DNA of 64,000 nt from Candidatus Omnitrophota bacterium (GCA_903820505.1 CAIJHQ010000045.1:79625-143624), one strand, 5' to 3'; shown: positions 10,235-19,073, counted from the first letter of the stretch. Notes: generated from the letters alone by a model not told the origin. Numbers and translations are program-made.

Positions 10235-11862
10235 GGAAAGGTGTGCTCGAAGTGGACTTCGCGTTTCTCGTTGAGCTCCCGGAGGACAGGACCCAGCGAG
10301 ACCCAAGGAAGCAGGTTCCCCTGCTGAAAAGGCTGGCTGGTAGCAATATAAATAAAGGTCGGGTCGGAACCGATCCAAAGGTCCTCGACCCGCACGGAAT
10401 CGTCGGTAAGCCGGATCGAATACTTGACCTTATCAAGCGAGCGCAGGGGGATCTCTTTCCGTATCGAGACCGGTACCCGTTTTAACCGTTTCGTGATCGC
10501 TTTTTTCTGCAGTAACGTCCGCACGAAATTCGCCGGCAGGAACCGTGCGATCAGGACAAGAAAAGCGCGGAACAAAAGAAAAGACCCGGGTTTGAAAACA
10601 AGGTCGCGGTGTTCGTAGCACCCCCCCTCGATCACAAGCGTGTCACCGCGGACTTCGTGCTTCCAATCCGCGACGACCTGCGATATGAATTTCTGTCTTT
10701 TGTCCGTCGCGCCGACAAAACCGCAATCGCTGAATTTAAGCGTTCCGTTCCGGAAGTACTTGGCCGTCCCGCCTTTCCTTGTCGAGATCACGGCGTAATT
10801 TTTATCATCGGATACGACATAAAGTCCGGCTTGTTCGAAGAATTTTTTCAGGACGCGTCCGCCATCCTTTGACCGGACCTCCCGCGGCTCAAAAAAATCC
10901 CCGTGGGCTTGCAGGAAATTATACGTGTAGTGAATGAATATGCGGTCGTCATCGATGCAAGAACGTGTTTTTTTCTGAAGAGACAGAAGAAAAGCGTCCG
11001 CGGTCGGAACGGCCCAAGGGCTCAGTCCCCCCATGATCTCAAAACCGTGCGGCATGAAATGGAAGGTATTACGGCTTCCGTATTCGCCGCCGAAACTTCC
11101 GTCGGGGTGCATAAAATATGAGGCGAATTCGATCGCCCTGCAAAGCGGTTCCACGACAGCGGGATCGGATGACTTTTGATAATACTTGGCGAGAAAATCA
11201 ATGGTGAACGTCAGGTATCCGGGATCGCAGCCCTCGTATTCCGGGAACCAGCCTTCCTCGGTCTGCAGGGCGAGCAGCTTTGCCAAGCAGGCTTCCGCCT
11301 TCTCTTTGAATGCGGGGTCATTCGTCAAAAGGAAAACGTTGTAAAGGCCCAGGACGATCAATGCCTTGTGATTGGATAGCACGCCCGACTCTTTAATACC
11401 TTCAGTCGCCAGATAATTGGCGCGGCGTTTAAAAAAATCGAGGAATCCCGCCGCATCGGACTTTGTGACCAGCAGCGCTTCCGTGCAGGCGTAGAGGGAG
11501 AACGCCGTGGCGCCGGCCGCGCGTTCGAACGGGAAATAATCATCACAGGAACCGTCGGGGTGGGACGAGTGGCGGGCAAAATCGATCCCGGCCATGACAG
11601 TTTCCTGGATGCGCGCGTTCCCGTAATACGGGTTCGCCGGGTGTTTCAGGGAAAACACAAGGGCAAGCGGCAGGACGGATTCCTGATACATCCCGCTCGG
11701 AAAATCACTGCACCGGTAATGCCAGAAACCACGGTCGAAGCAACCATAGGTCGAACTCAAGCGGTTCCTGTCCGCGAGCTCCAGCAATTTCGGGATGTAC
11801 TGGATACCTTCGTTAAAATATAGATCTTTCAGGCGGGTGTCTGTCATAGGTTTTTGGATCAT
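10231..11862 (-). CDS. Hypothetical protein of 543 aa, soluble, with no family assigned.
   Basis: Clean ORF with an ATG start and codon usage like its neighbours. It has two related motifs, HPDGSCDDYFP and HPDGSFGGEYG, which suggests an internal repeat or toroid-like fold. No signal peptide is obvious. Confidence 0.5.
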   Translation of the reverse strand: MIQKPMTDTRLKDLYFNEGIQYIPKLLELADRNRLSSTYGCFDRGFWHYRCSDFPSGMYQESVLPLALVFSLKHPANPYYGNARIQETVMAGIDFARHSSHPDGSCDDYFPFERAAGATAFSLYACTEALLVTKSDAAGFLDFFKRRANYLATEGIKESGVLSNHKALIVLGLYNVFLLTNDPAFKEKAEACLAKLLALQTEEGWFPEYEGCDPGYLTFTIDFLAKYYQKSSDPAVVEPLCRAIEFASYFMHPDGSFGGEYGSRNTFHFMPHGFEIMGGLSPWAVPTADAFLLSLQKKTRSCIDDDRIFIHYTYNFLQAHGDFFEPREVRSKDGGRVLKKFFEQAGLYVVSDDKNYAVISTRKGGTAKYFRNGTLKFSDCGFVGATDKRQKFISQVVADWKHEVRGDTLVIEGGCYEHRDLVFKPGSFLLFRAFLVLIARFLPANFVRTLLQKKAITKRLKRVPVSIRKEIPLRSLDKVKYSIRLTDDSVRVEDLWIGSDPTFIYIATSQPFQQGNLLPWVSLGPVLRELNEKREVHFEHTFP

Positions 11863-11871
11863 CGGGAAAGG

Positions 11872-12735
11872 TCAGGAACGGTTGTTATAAGCCACGATCA
11901 GATCACTGATAAGTCCGAGGGACGCGAGCATGATCGCCGTCATAAAAATGATGATGTCGGACTCTTGAAGAGTATGCGTGAATTTGAAACTGAGGAACGC
12001 CTTTAGGACACCAGTAACAGCGATCAGTCCTGCCGCCGGGATAAATACGCGCAATGGATTGAAATACATGACCATGCGAACAACGGTTTTCAAATAAGCC
12101 GCCGTGTCTTTGACGGGATGGAATTTCGATATTCCGATACGCGGGTGATAGGCCGTCGGAATATATTTTACGGCATAGCCGTTCGCCAGAAAGGCGAGCG
12201 TCATGGTCGTCACACAGGAAAATCCGTCCGGGAGGACCCAAAGGTATTTTTTCATGACGTCCTTCTTGAAGGCCTTGAGTCCGGTATTCAGATCGGGGAT
12301 GTCGGTACTCGTCAGGTAACAAGCCAGCTTGCGAATGAGCCATTTAGCAGGGGTCCGAAGCAGTTTCAAGGTACCCTGTTCGCTCGTGCGCGCACCGTTG
12401 ACCTGGTCGTATTCCGGGAAGTATTTAAGCAAATTGGGAATATCCGAGGCTTCGTATGAGCCGTCGGCATCCAGCATAACAATGACCTGTCCCTCGGCGC
12501 TCATGATCCCAGTGCGGCGGGAAGCGCCCGAACCTCTTGTAAGCGGCCGGCGCACGACCCGGACCCCCTTTGATTCGGCGATCGCGGCCGTGCAGTCCGA
12601 AGAATGGTCATCAACGACAAGGATCTCGTAGGCCTGCTTGCTGCCTTTCATCGCGGCCTGAACGTCATCGATCACCTTTGCGATGGCAGCCTCTTCATTA
12701 AACGCGGGAAGAACAATGCTGACTTCGGGCTTCAT
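11872..12735 (-). CDS. GT2 polyprenyl-phosphate sugar synthase with C-terminal TM helices (GtrB/CsbB-like).
   Basis: Contains VSIVLPAFNEE, VVDDHSSD and a DAD motif. A C-terminal ~70 aa region has two hydrophobic helices, as in GtrB-type undecaprenyl-P-glycosyl synthases. Confidence 0.8.
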   Translation of the reverse strand: MKPEVSIVLPAFNEEAAIAKVIDDVQAAMKGSKQAYEILVVDDHSSDCTAAIAESKGVRVVRRPLTRGSGASRRTGIMSAEGQVIVMLDADGSYEASDIPNLLKYFPEYDQVNGARTSEQGTLKLLRTPAKWLIRKLACYLTSTDIPDLNTGLKAFKKDVMKKYLWVLPDGFSCVTTMTLAFLANGYAVKYIPTAYHPRIGISKFHPVKDTAAYLKTVVRMVMYFNPLRVFIPAAGLIAVTGVLKAFLSFKFTHTLQESDIIIFMTAIMLASLGLISDLIVAYNNRS

Positions 12736-12919
12736 ATCCCCTTCCTTTTCTTAGGGTTACAAACGGGCTCATTCTATCAACTTTCCCTACAACTCACAAC
12801 CTCGACCTGGCATGCCCGGCACCGCTTCACTAACCCGGAACAACGACAACGGGAGGGCTGGAGAACCGAAGCAAGCATTGTCCCGGAAAATCGCCGCAAA
12901 GAAGCGGCGCTCGAGCGAA

Positions 12920-14665
12920 TTAAATTTTCTCCAGGCCAGGCTGTCCTAGCTTCCGGTCATAGGTGCCGCGGTAAAAAGTCCGTCCCGGATAAGCGGCCAT
13001 GAGCTCTCTATTACGATCACCGAGGTCGTGGGCGTAAAGGATCCGGCCGTCAAGAAACGGGCTGTTGCGAACGGCATCTTCTTCGGCCATGACCAGCTTG
13101 TCGCCAAGGAACCCGTGAATGAAAACAATGGCGGGCTGTTCCACCGTTCGTTCGGCCAGATCATAAAGAGCCCGGCGCTGGCGGCTGGCTTCCCCGGTGA
13201 ATTCTGCGTGCTTGATAAATAGTAGGCCCGAGCTCGCTATAGATGTCGCGACAAATACGAAGAGAAATTTACGCCCGCGGACACTGCATGTCTTCCACCG
13301 GGTCACGATCCAGTCAGCGACGGAAATACAGAGGAATGGCAACCCCTCCCACCAATAGCGGGGCCCCCACTGGTTCCCACCCCAGGAGTAGTAAAGAAAA
13401 TAGGCAAGAGCGAGAAAAACCATGGAAAAACGGAAAAACGCCTTAATGCGGTCCATTCCTTTAATCTTAGATAGCAAAAAAAGATAGGCGGCAACAAACG
13501 CCGGAGCAAACCAATCCATGAGATAAAAAACGCGGGCGATCAGATAGAAAAATCCGTCGACCGGCGTGTAATGCCCCCTCTTGAAACCAAGACGCTCCCA
13601 GGATTGGTAGTATTTGAGCGGAGTTTTGAACAGCTTCCCTGTAACTGCAATGTTTAGGAGGAACATAAGCGCTACAAAGGACCCGACGATCGCAACAAAA
13701 ACCATCTCGGCTTTACGGAGCTGAGGACGTTTGAATCTAAAGGGGATCCAACCAAAACGCTCACTGCCCGTTGTCGCGCCACCGGGGCTCTTCCGGTCGA
13801 AAAAAAGCGGGAGATAATGAGAGAGGAGGAATGGAACTGCGATCGCGAACATGGTAAGCGGCCGGGTTATCAAACCGTAGCCGACCCCAATCCCGCACAG
13901 GATCGCCCAGCCGACCGGATCCTTCCCCTGTCCATAGGCTTCATGCCAACGCAAGAAGGCATACAAAAAGACCGCTATCGTGAGCAGGCAGGTTGCATGG
14001 GAAAAATAAGCCGCGGCCGTGAACATGAAAAAAGGGCTTAGACACGTCATGATCAGCCCCAGAACGGCGGCGGGACGGCCAAACAACCGTTCCCCCGAAA
14101 GATATAAGAAAAAGACCGCCGTTGCCGCCATGACAGGATTGAGCCAATCCACGATGTTGAACCGGAGACCGAAAGCCCATATCAGAGGCCATCCGGGAGG
14201 ATAAACGCTGAACCACTTCCCTCCCTTCATCCCGACATGGACGACCTGGAAAAAATCCGCGAACTGCGGAATGGGGACAAAAAGCTTTCCCTTCCGGAGG
14301 CACTCCGCAAGAAAATAGCAGGAGTGCTCGTCACCGGAGCTGAGAAACGAATGGAGAACGTGCCGGTTGATCCAGTAGAGAACAAGAACTAAAAAGCCTA
14401 AGGCGAAGAAGCCGAGCGCAAATCCAAGAGCTTTTGACGGGCCACGGCTGGGATCCGTAATTTTTGACGAAAATAGAAAATCCGGAAGAAGATAGTAGCC
14501 CAGGAAGGCAACGAGGATCGTGACGCCCAGGAGCAGGATAGAGTCCGCGGTCATGAAAAGATTGCGTCCCCACACTTGCTGGACATGCGGGACCCATAAG
14601 GAGGCCGCGCAACAAAAAGACCCGAGAAGCAAAAGCCCAGTCTGTTTTAGATATCCCTTGCCCAT
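12920..14665 (-). CDS. GT-C glycosyltransferase, GT39/PMT_2-like.
   Basis: 581 aa polytopic protein. It has the loop-1 acidic motif SGDEHSCYFLAE and the segment NPVMAATAVFFLYLSGERLFG (ArnT/PMT_2 signature). A 184-bp gap separates it from the downstream GT2. Confidence 0.65.
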   Translation of the reverse strand: MGKGYLKQTGLLLLGSFCCAASLWVPHVQQVWGRNLFMTADSILLLGVTILVAFLGYYLLPDFLFSSKITDPSRGPSKALGFALGFFALGFLVLVLYWINRHVLHSFLSSGDEHSCYFLAECLRKGKLFVPIPQFADFFQVVHVGMKGGKWFSVYPPGWPLIWAFGLRFNIVDWLNPVMAATAVFFLYLSGERLFGRPAAVLGLIMTCLSPFFMFTAAAYFSHATCLLTIAVFLYAFLRWHEAYGQGKDPVGWAILCGIGVGYGLITRPLTMFAIAVPFLLSHYLPLFFDRKSPGGATTGSERFGWIPFRFKRPQLRKAEMVFVAIVGSFVALMFLLNIAVTGKLFKTPLKYYQSWERLGFKRGHYTPVDGFFYLIARVFYLMDWFAPAFVAAYLFLLSKIKGMDRIKAFFRFSMVFLALAYFLYYSWGGNQWGPRYWWEGLPFLCISVADWIVTRWKTCSVRGRKFLFVFVATSIASSGLLFIKHAEFTGEASRQRRALYDLAERTVEQPAIVFIHGFLGDKLVMAEEDAVRNSPFLDGRILYAHDLGDRNRELMAAYPGRTFYRGTYDRKLGQPGLEKI

Positions 14666-14683
14666 AGCCTCCGCAATCCCCTG

Positions 14684-15757
14684 TTATTCATTCTCCCGGA
14701 TCACGTTCGCTGCCAGAAGATTTCCCTGCGAGGTCCAGTGCCAATCATTCTTGATGTAATAAACTTCGAGACCGTCCTTTGCGACGGCATCATTGAATTC
14801 CGGCCTAAGGTTGATAAGATCGACCTTTTCACGATCCGCGAAACGCCGGATCGACCTCTCCAGGGAAGTTCTTCGCGTACTTTCCGCCCAATCCTTGGGA
14901 GGCAATAAAACCAAAATAGGGGTTGCCTGATCGCGCCGGACTTCCAGGATGAGCTTCTGAAGAATGGCCCGCCCGATCATCCATTCTTCCGACGTATCGG
15001 GATCGATAAGGCGCATGTTTTTGGCAAGTTTGATCAATGGTTTCTTGGCCACCCGGTAGAGGACGCTCCTGTTAAGAACTTTTTGAAGATCACTCTGCTC
15101 CAACAACGGGGGAAATTGATCCGTAGTCAAAGAAAAGGGCGGAGGGACGGGCACGTTGTGCAGAATCAGATCTCCCTTCTCGGAAAGTGAAAAGTAGGGT
15201 TTGACGTGCCCGGAATCAGCGAACGAACGCGTGCATCGCCAGAAAGCTTCGGGAAAAACACCTATCAGAACGATGTCGGGATGATATTGTTTCGCGATCT
15301 CCCGGTAAGAAAGATATATCTGGTCGATCCCGTATCCCGGCACCCCGAGATTCAGGACTTCCCGGTTTCCGCCGTCGGCCTCCAGAACGGCAGGAAAGGT
15401 TTCCTGATCCTGGACGCCGAATCCAAATACAAAGCTGTCGCCAAGCGCCGCGATGCGGATGACTCCGGCCGGCTTTTTGATGGCATATTCCCGGGTCCCG
15501 CGAAAACCGGCGGAATTCGTGTGAACGGTCACCGAGGGGAAATTCGGGGATTCCAGTACGGCGGTCTTATTCTTCTGGGAGTACCAGCCAAGGACCGGAT
15601 GATGCTCGACCCAGGAATTCTCAGGCACATTCACCCATCCCATCCGGGGCTTTTCAGGAAACTTGATCCGGTCGATCTTGACAACACGCAGAACAACCTC
15701 CGCGAGGGTTAACGCAAGCAACAGCGCCAAGATCGACACAAACAGGTTCTTTTTCAT
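14684..15757 (-). CDS. SGNH-fold protein with a DxHW motif (AlgX/AlgJ-like periplasmic O-acyltransferase or esterase), signal-anchored.
   Basis: Block I is GDSFVFGFGV. The C-terminus has IKNDWHWTSQGN, a D-x-H-W-T motif as in the AlgJ/AlgX family. The N-terminus is a hydrophobic anchor, MKKNLFVSILALLLALTLA. The start was moved to the internal ATG at 15757; the ORF track begins at 15835. Confidence 0.65.
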   Translation of the reverse strand: MKKNLFVSILALLLALTLAEVVLRVVKIDRIKFPEKPRMGWVNVPENSWVEHHPVLGWYSQKNKTAVLESPNFPSVTVHTNSAGFRGTREYAIKKPAGVIRIAALGDSFVFGFGVQDQETFPAVLEADGGNREVLNLGVPGYGIDQIYLSYREIAKQYHPDIVLIGVFPEAFWRCTRSFADSGHVKPYFSLSEKGDLILHNVPVPPPFSLTTDQFPPLLEQSDLQKVLNRSVLYRVAKKPLIKLAKNMRLIDPDTSEEWMIGRAILQKLILEVRRDQATPILVLLPPKDWAESTRRTSLERSIRRFADREKVDLINLRPEFNDAVAKDGLEVYYIKNDWHWTSQGNLLAANVIRENE

Positions 15758-15835
15758 GGGACCCTTCGATAGCTTTTGAAGTGCAAGGAATATCGCATTG
15801 CCGCATAGGCTATCAGAAATCGATACAGCCGACAA

Positions 15836-16603
15836 TTGACATTACGCATTAAAAACATTAATCTTTCCCCTATGAATGCCGCGACTTTTATCAGTTTCAT
15901 CACCCCGATCTACAACGAAGAGTTGAACATCGCCGGGATGCTCAGAAACTTCTTTGCCGTCCTGAACGCCCATCCGGAATGGAACTGGGAAGTGATCTTG
16001 ATCGAGGACGGAAGTAAGGACAAGACCCGCGCTGTCCTTCAGAAAGAGATGTCCCAATACCCCAACGCAAAGCTGATCATCCATGAAAAGAACCAAGGAT
16101 ATACCCGCTCCCTCAAAGACGGGATCGCAGCCTCTCGCGGTAAGTACCTGATGTACATCGGAGCGGATGAGGAGTTCGATTCGTCCGAGATCCCCGCCTT
16201 TGTTGATATCCTGAAAAAGAACGAGACAGATGTCCTGCTGGGTGTACGCTGGCAACGCAACGCCTACCAGCTTTTCCGTTTCTTCCTGTCCGTGATCTAC
16301 ATTTTCCTGCTCAATTACCTGTTCAAGATCCGCATCAACGATTACAACTGGTCGCAGGCCTGGAGCCGAAAACTTCTTGATCATATCGACCTGACCTCCG
16401 CTTCTCTTTTTATACTTCCCGAGATCATCATCAAGGCCCATGACCTGGGTTACCGCATCAAAGAGATCCCCTCGAACCACCGCGGCCGCCAAGCCGGAAA
16501 ATCGTCGGTCAACATGAAGATCATGGGATCGGCGCTTTGCGAGGGGCTGAGATTCTGGTTCTACCGAAGATCAAAAAAATACCGCCCGGCAAAAAATCCC
16601 TGA
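15836..16603 (+). CDS. GT2 glycosyltransferase (GT-A fold).
   Basis: This is the only plus-strand gene in block 1. Motifs: ISFITPIYNEE, ILIEDGSKD, GADEEF (DxD). It has two C-terminal hydrophobic stretches. By eye its GC content is lower than that of its neighbours. The start may instead be the internal ATG at ~15872. Confidence 0.75.
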   Translation: MTLRIKNINLSPMNAATFISFITPIYNEELNIAGMLRNFFAVLNAHPEWNWEVILIEDGSKDKTRAVLQKEMSQYPNAKLIIHEKNQGYTRSLKDGIAASRGKYLMYIGADEEFDSSEIPAFVDILKKNETDVLLGVRWQRNAYQLFRFFLSVIYIFLLNYLFKIRINDYNWSQAWSRKLLDHIDLTSASLFILPEIIIKAHDLGYRIKEIPSNHRGRQAGKSSVNMKIMGSALCEGLRFWFYRRSKKYRPAKNP

Positions 16604-16663
16604 CAAGAGACCAGTAGCATTCCTCGGGCCGGTGAAGAAATTGGTCAGAAAACCATCACGGCG

Positions 16664-18364
16664 TTATTTAAGCTTATAAACCGTGATCGTGTAACCGTTC
16701 CGTTCTCTCGCGCGGATATCTTTCCACAGGAACGGTCCCCCGGTAAGAGGCAAGGTGTCGTAATCCTTCATTCCAAAGGACTTGCGGTAAGGTGAAAATT
16801 TCACGACAGGATCCGCGACCTTTTCAAGCCCCGCCGCGAAGGGATCCTTTGGATCACGGGGTTCGCTAACCATAACAACATAATCCACTTTCTTCCGTCG
16901 CAGCGTCTCGAGATCAAACGGGACCTTAGGCTCCGCGAATAAAAATTGCGGCCCTGACGGATCACGACTCAGGAAATATAGCTCGTATGAAGGTTGCCGC
17001 GATCTTGACAACAGGGCTTCCAGGCGTCTTTTTTGGGCGCCCGCTTGGGCTCCATCCGTCCGGTCCAGACCGCCCATTTTTTCTTTTAACTGGTCGGAAG
17101 AAAACGAAAGCCGCGGCGTGAAAATGGTCCCCTCCAGCGCGATCCGGCTCCCCGGCGGAATGTGACTTTCGATCCATGCTCTCGCCACTGTACGCACGTC
17201 AGGAGATGCCATCAGTCGGTCCCATTGAACTATCTTCCAAAACGCGGGAATAACAAGGATCAGGATGATAATTCCTTTGAGGATCACGCCTAAGAAAACT
17301 TTTCCTTTAGACAATACGTCCATGTAGGGAATGAGAAAATCGACCGCAAAAATACAAACGAACGGGACCAGCGGTAGAACGTAGCGATCATAAGGTTGCC
17401 CCCATCTGCAAAGGACCATGTAGTATCCCAGAACAAAAATAGCCATCGCCTCCCGCGCGGGTTTTCCGGAAAAAACCGCCCGAAGCCAGCCCCCAAACGC
17501 CACCGTAAGCAATGAAGCTCCTACCGCGCCGGAAAGCGAATATTTTATGTGGTGGAACCACGGCACTCCCTGATTCGATCGGGATTGATCAGTAACTTCC
17601 CTGAATAACAACGGCCAGTCGAGGACCGAAAAGGGATTGCACAGGATAAATACGAGCCCGGCCGTCGCACCCGCGAAACCCCAAAAAACCGGCCATCGCC
17701 GCCACGGGACCGTACGCAAGCAGACCCAGAGATAAGGCAGCGCCAGGAACACGCCGTTGTATTTCGTCGCAGCTGCCAGACCGATCGTGCCGCCGCACAG
17801 CAAATGCAGCTTCCATGACGAGGGTGCGTCGCTCAGACGCGCCATCAAGCAAAAACCCGTCAAAAGGACGCAAAGAAGCGGGATGTCGGCATAGATATAG
17901 TGGGAATCACGGGCGTGCAGAAAATTGACCGCTAAAAGCAGCGCTGCCCAAAGGGCCATTTCCGTGGTCCACAACCGCTTGACCAACCGGTAGACCCCGT
18001 AGACCGTCGCGGTACCGAGAAGTACCCCGAAAATAACGCGGGCGATCAGATAAAAAGATGTCGGGTCGGAATAGAACAACTGTTCGAGATCCCGTACTGA
18101 ATGAAAATACCCGGCAGTTCTCCCCAGAACATAAAAGATCCCATAACAGAAGAAAAGAAGATAACTGACAAGCGGCGGTATCTTGAAAAAATGAGGGTTC
18201 AGATCGCCCGTTCCGTAGGCCAGGGCATGATTGACCACGATGGGTTCATCAGCGTGATAAAGCTCCGGGAGACCGAAATTGACCGCGAAAACGCGGACCA
18301 GGAACGCCAGGGCCAGGATCCCGAGCAACAACACTGTCTCGCGGGAGAGGCGAAGCGCTTTCAT
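16664..18364 (-). CDS. GT-C glycosyltransferase, GT39 (PMT_2/ArnT-like).
   Basis: 566 aa. Loop-1 has LPELYHADEP (conserved DE). It has ~11 TM helices followed by a periplasmic C-terminal domain. Its start overlaps the stop of the upstream GT2 by 1 nt. Confidence 0.75.
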   Translation of the reverse strand: MKALRLSRETVLLLGILALAFLVRVFAVNFGLPELYHADEPIVVNHALAYGTGDLNPHFFKIPPLVSYLLFFCYGIFYVLGRTAGYFHSVRDLEQLFYSDPTSFYLIARVIFGVLLGTATVYGVYRLVKRLWTTEMALWAALLLAVNFLHARDSHYIYADIPLLCVLLTGFCLMARLSDAPSSWKLHLLCGGTIGLAAATKYNGVFLALPYLWVCLRTVPWRRWPVFWGFAGATAGLVFILCNPFSVLDWPLLFREVTDQSRSNQGVPWFHHIKYSLSGAVGASLLTVAFGGWLRAVFSGKPAREAMAIFVLGYYMVLCRWGQPYDRYVLPLVPFVCIFAVDFLIPYMDVLSKGKVFLGVILKGIIILILVIPAFWKIVQWDRLMASPDVRTVARAWIESHIPPGSRIALEGTIFTPRLSFSSDQLKEKMGGLDRTDGAQAGAQKRRLEALLSRSRQPSYELYFLSRDPSGPQFLFAEPKVPFDLETLRRKKVDYVVMVSEPRDPKDPFAAGLEKVADPVVKFSPYRKSFGMKDYDTLPLTGGPFLWKDIRARERNGYTITVYKLK

Positions 18365-19071
18365 CAGGGATGCAGCCGTCGGATCTTCAGAACGTCCCGG
18401 AACATCCTCAGCGGATCGCTCAGGACCTGAACGCGGCTTTGGGCGGAATTCCGCCAGATCACCGGGAGCTCAAGCACACGGTAGCCGCGTTTTTGCGCCA
18501 GGTACACGATCTCGACGTCAAAACTGAACCCGTCGAGTTTCTGTTCCCCGAAAAGTTTATGGGCCGCTTCCCTGCGGAAACACTTGAACCCGCATTGGGA
18601 ATCCCGTACGCCTTTGAACGCCCAGCGCTGCGCGATAAGGTTAAAGACCTTTCCCATCGTTTCTCGGAGGAAGCCCTGGTGGATCTCGATCTGGGAATCC
18701 GGAAGCGCCCGTGAACCGATCGCGACGTCGCAATCTATCCGGAGATAATCAAGAAAACGGGAAACTTCAGTGATCGGCGTGGAAAGGTCCGCGTCCGTAA
18801 AAAGGATGTACTGTCCGGTCGCCGCGAGCATCCCCTGCCGTACGGCGTACCCTTTGCCGCGGTTCCGGGGAGTGGTCAGGATCTTGTGCGGGAAATCCAC
18901 GAGTTTTTCCTCAGCGATCGCGACCGTTCGGTCCCGGCTCCCGTCATCTGAAACAAGAACTTCGGAATCGTAGGATTGCTTCTTCAAAAAATCAAGGACC
19001 GCATCCAAAGTGTGCGGTAACCGTAAATCTTCATTGTAGGCCGGAATGACCACCGAAAGGTAAGGCGCCAT
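18364..19071 (-). CDS. GT2 polyprenyl-phosphate sugar synthase (DPM1/ArnC-like).
   Basis: Motifs: LSVVIPAYNE, VSDDGSRD, TDAD. 235 aa and soluble. Lies immediately downstream of the UDP-xylose synthase gene. Confidence 0.8.
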   Translation of the reverse strand: MAPYLSVVIPAYNEDLRLPHTLDAVLDFLKKQSYDSEVLVSDDGSRDRTVAIAEEKLVDFPHKILTTPRNRGKGYAVRQGMLAATGQYILFTDADLSTPITEVSRFLDYLRIDCDVAIGSRALPDSQIEIHQGFLRETMGKVFNLIAQRWAFKGVRDSQCGFKCFRREAAHKLFGEQKLDGFSFDVEIVYLAQKRGYRVLELPVIWRNSAQSRVQVLSDPLRMFRDVLKIRRLHP

Positions 19072-19073
19072 CC

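Noticed and set aside
9332-10327. The 331-aa plus-strand ORF opposite the UPF0104 gene. Similar long antisense ORFs occur at 20995..22023, 25399..26436, 27722..29308, 37084..38607, 39087..40073, 52472..53695, 59087..60073 and 61649..63013.
   Set aside because: They have low-complexity, Arg/Asp/His/Pro-rich translations. Each is fully nested antisense to a CDS with strong family signatures. No start or RBS context was found. This is the expected result of high GC3 in the real frames.
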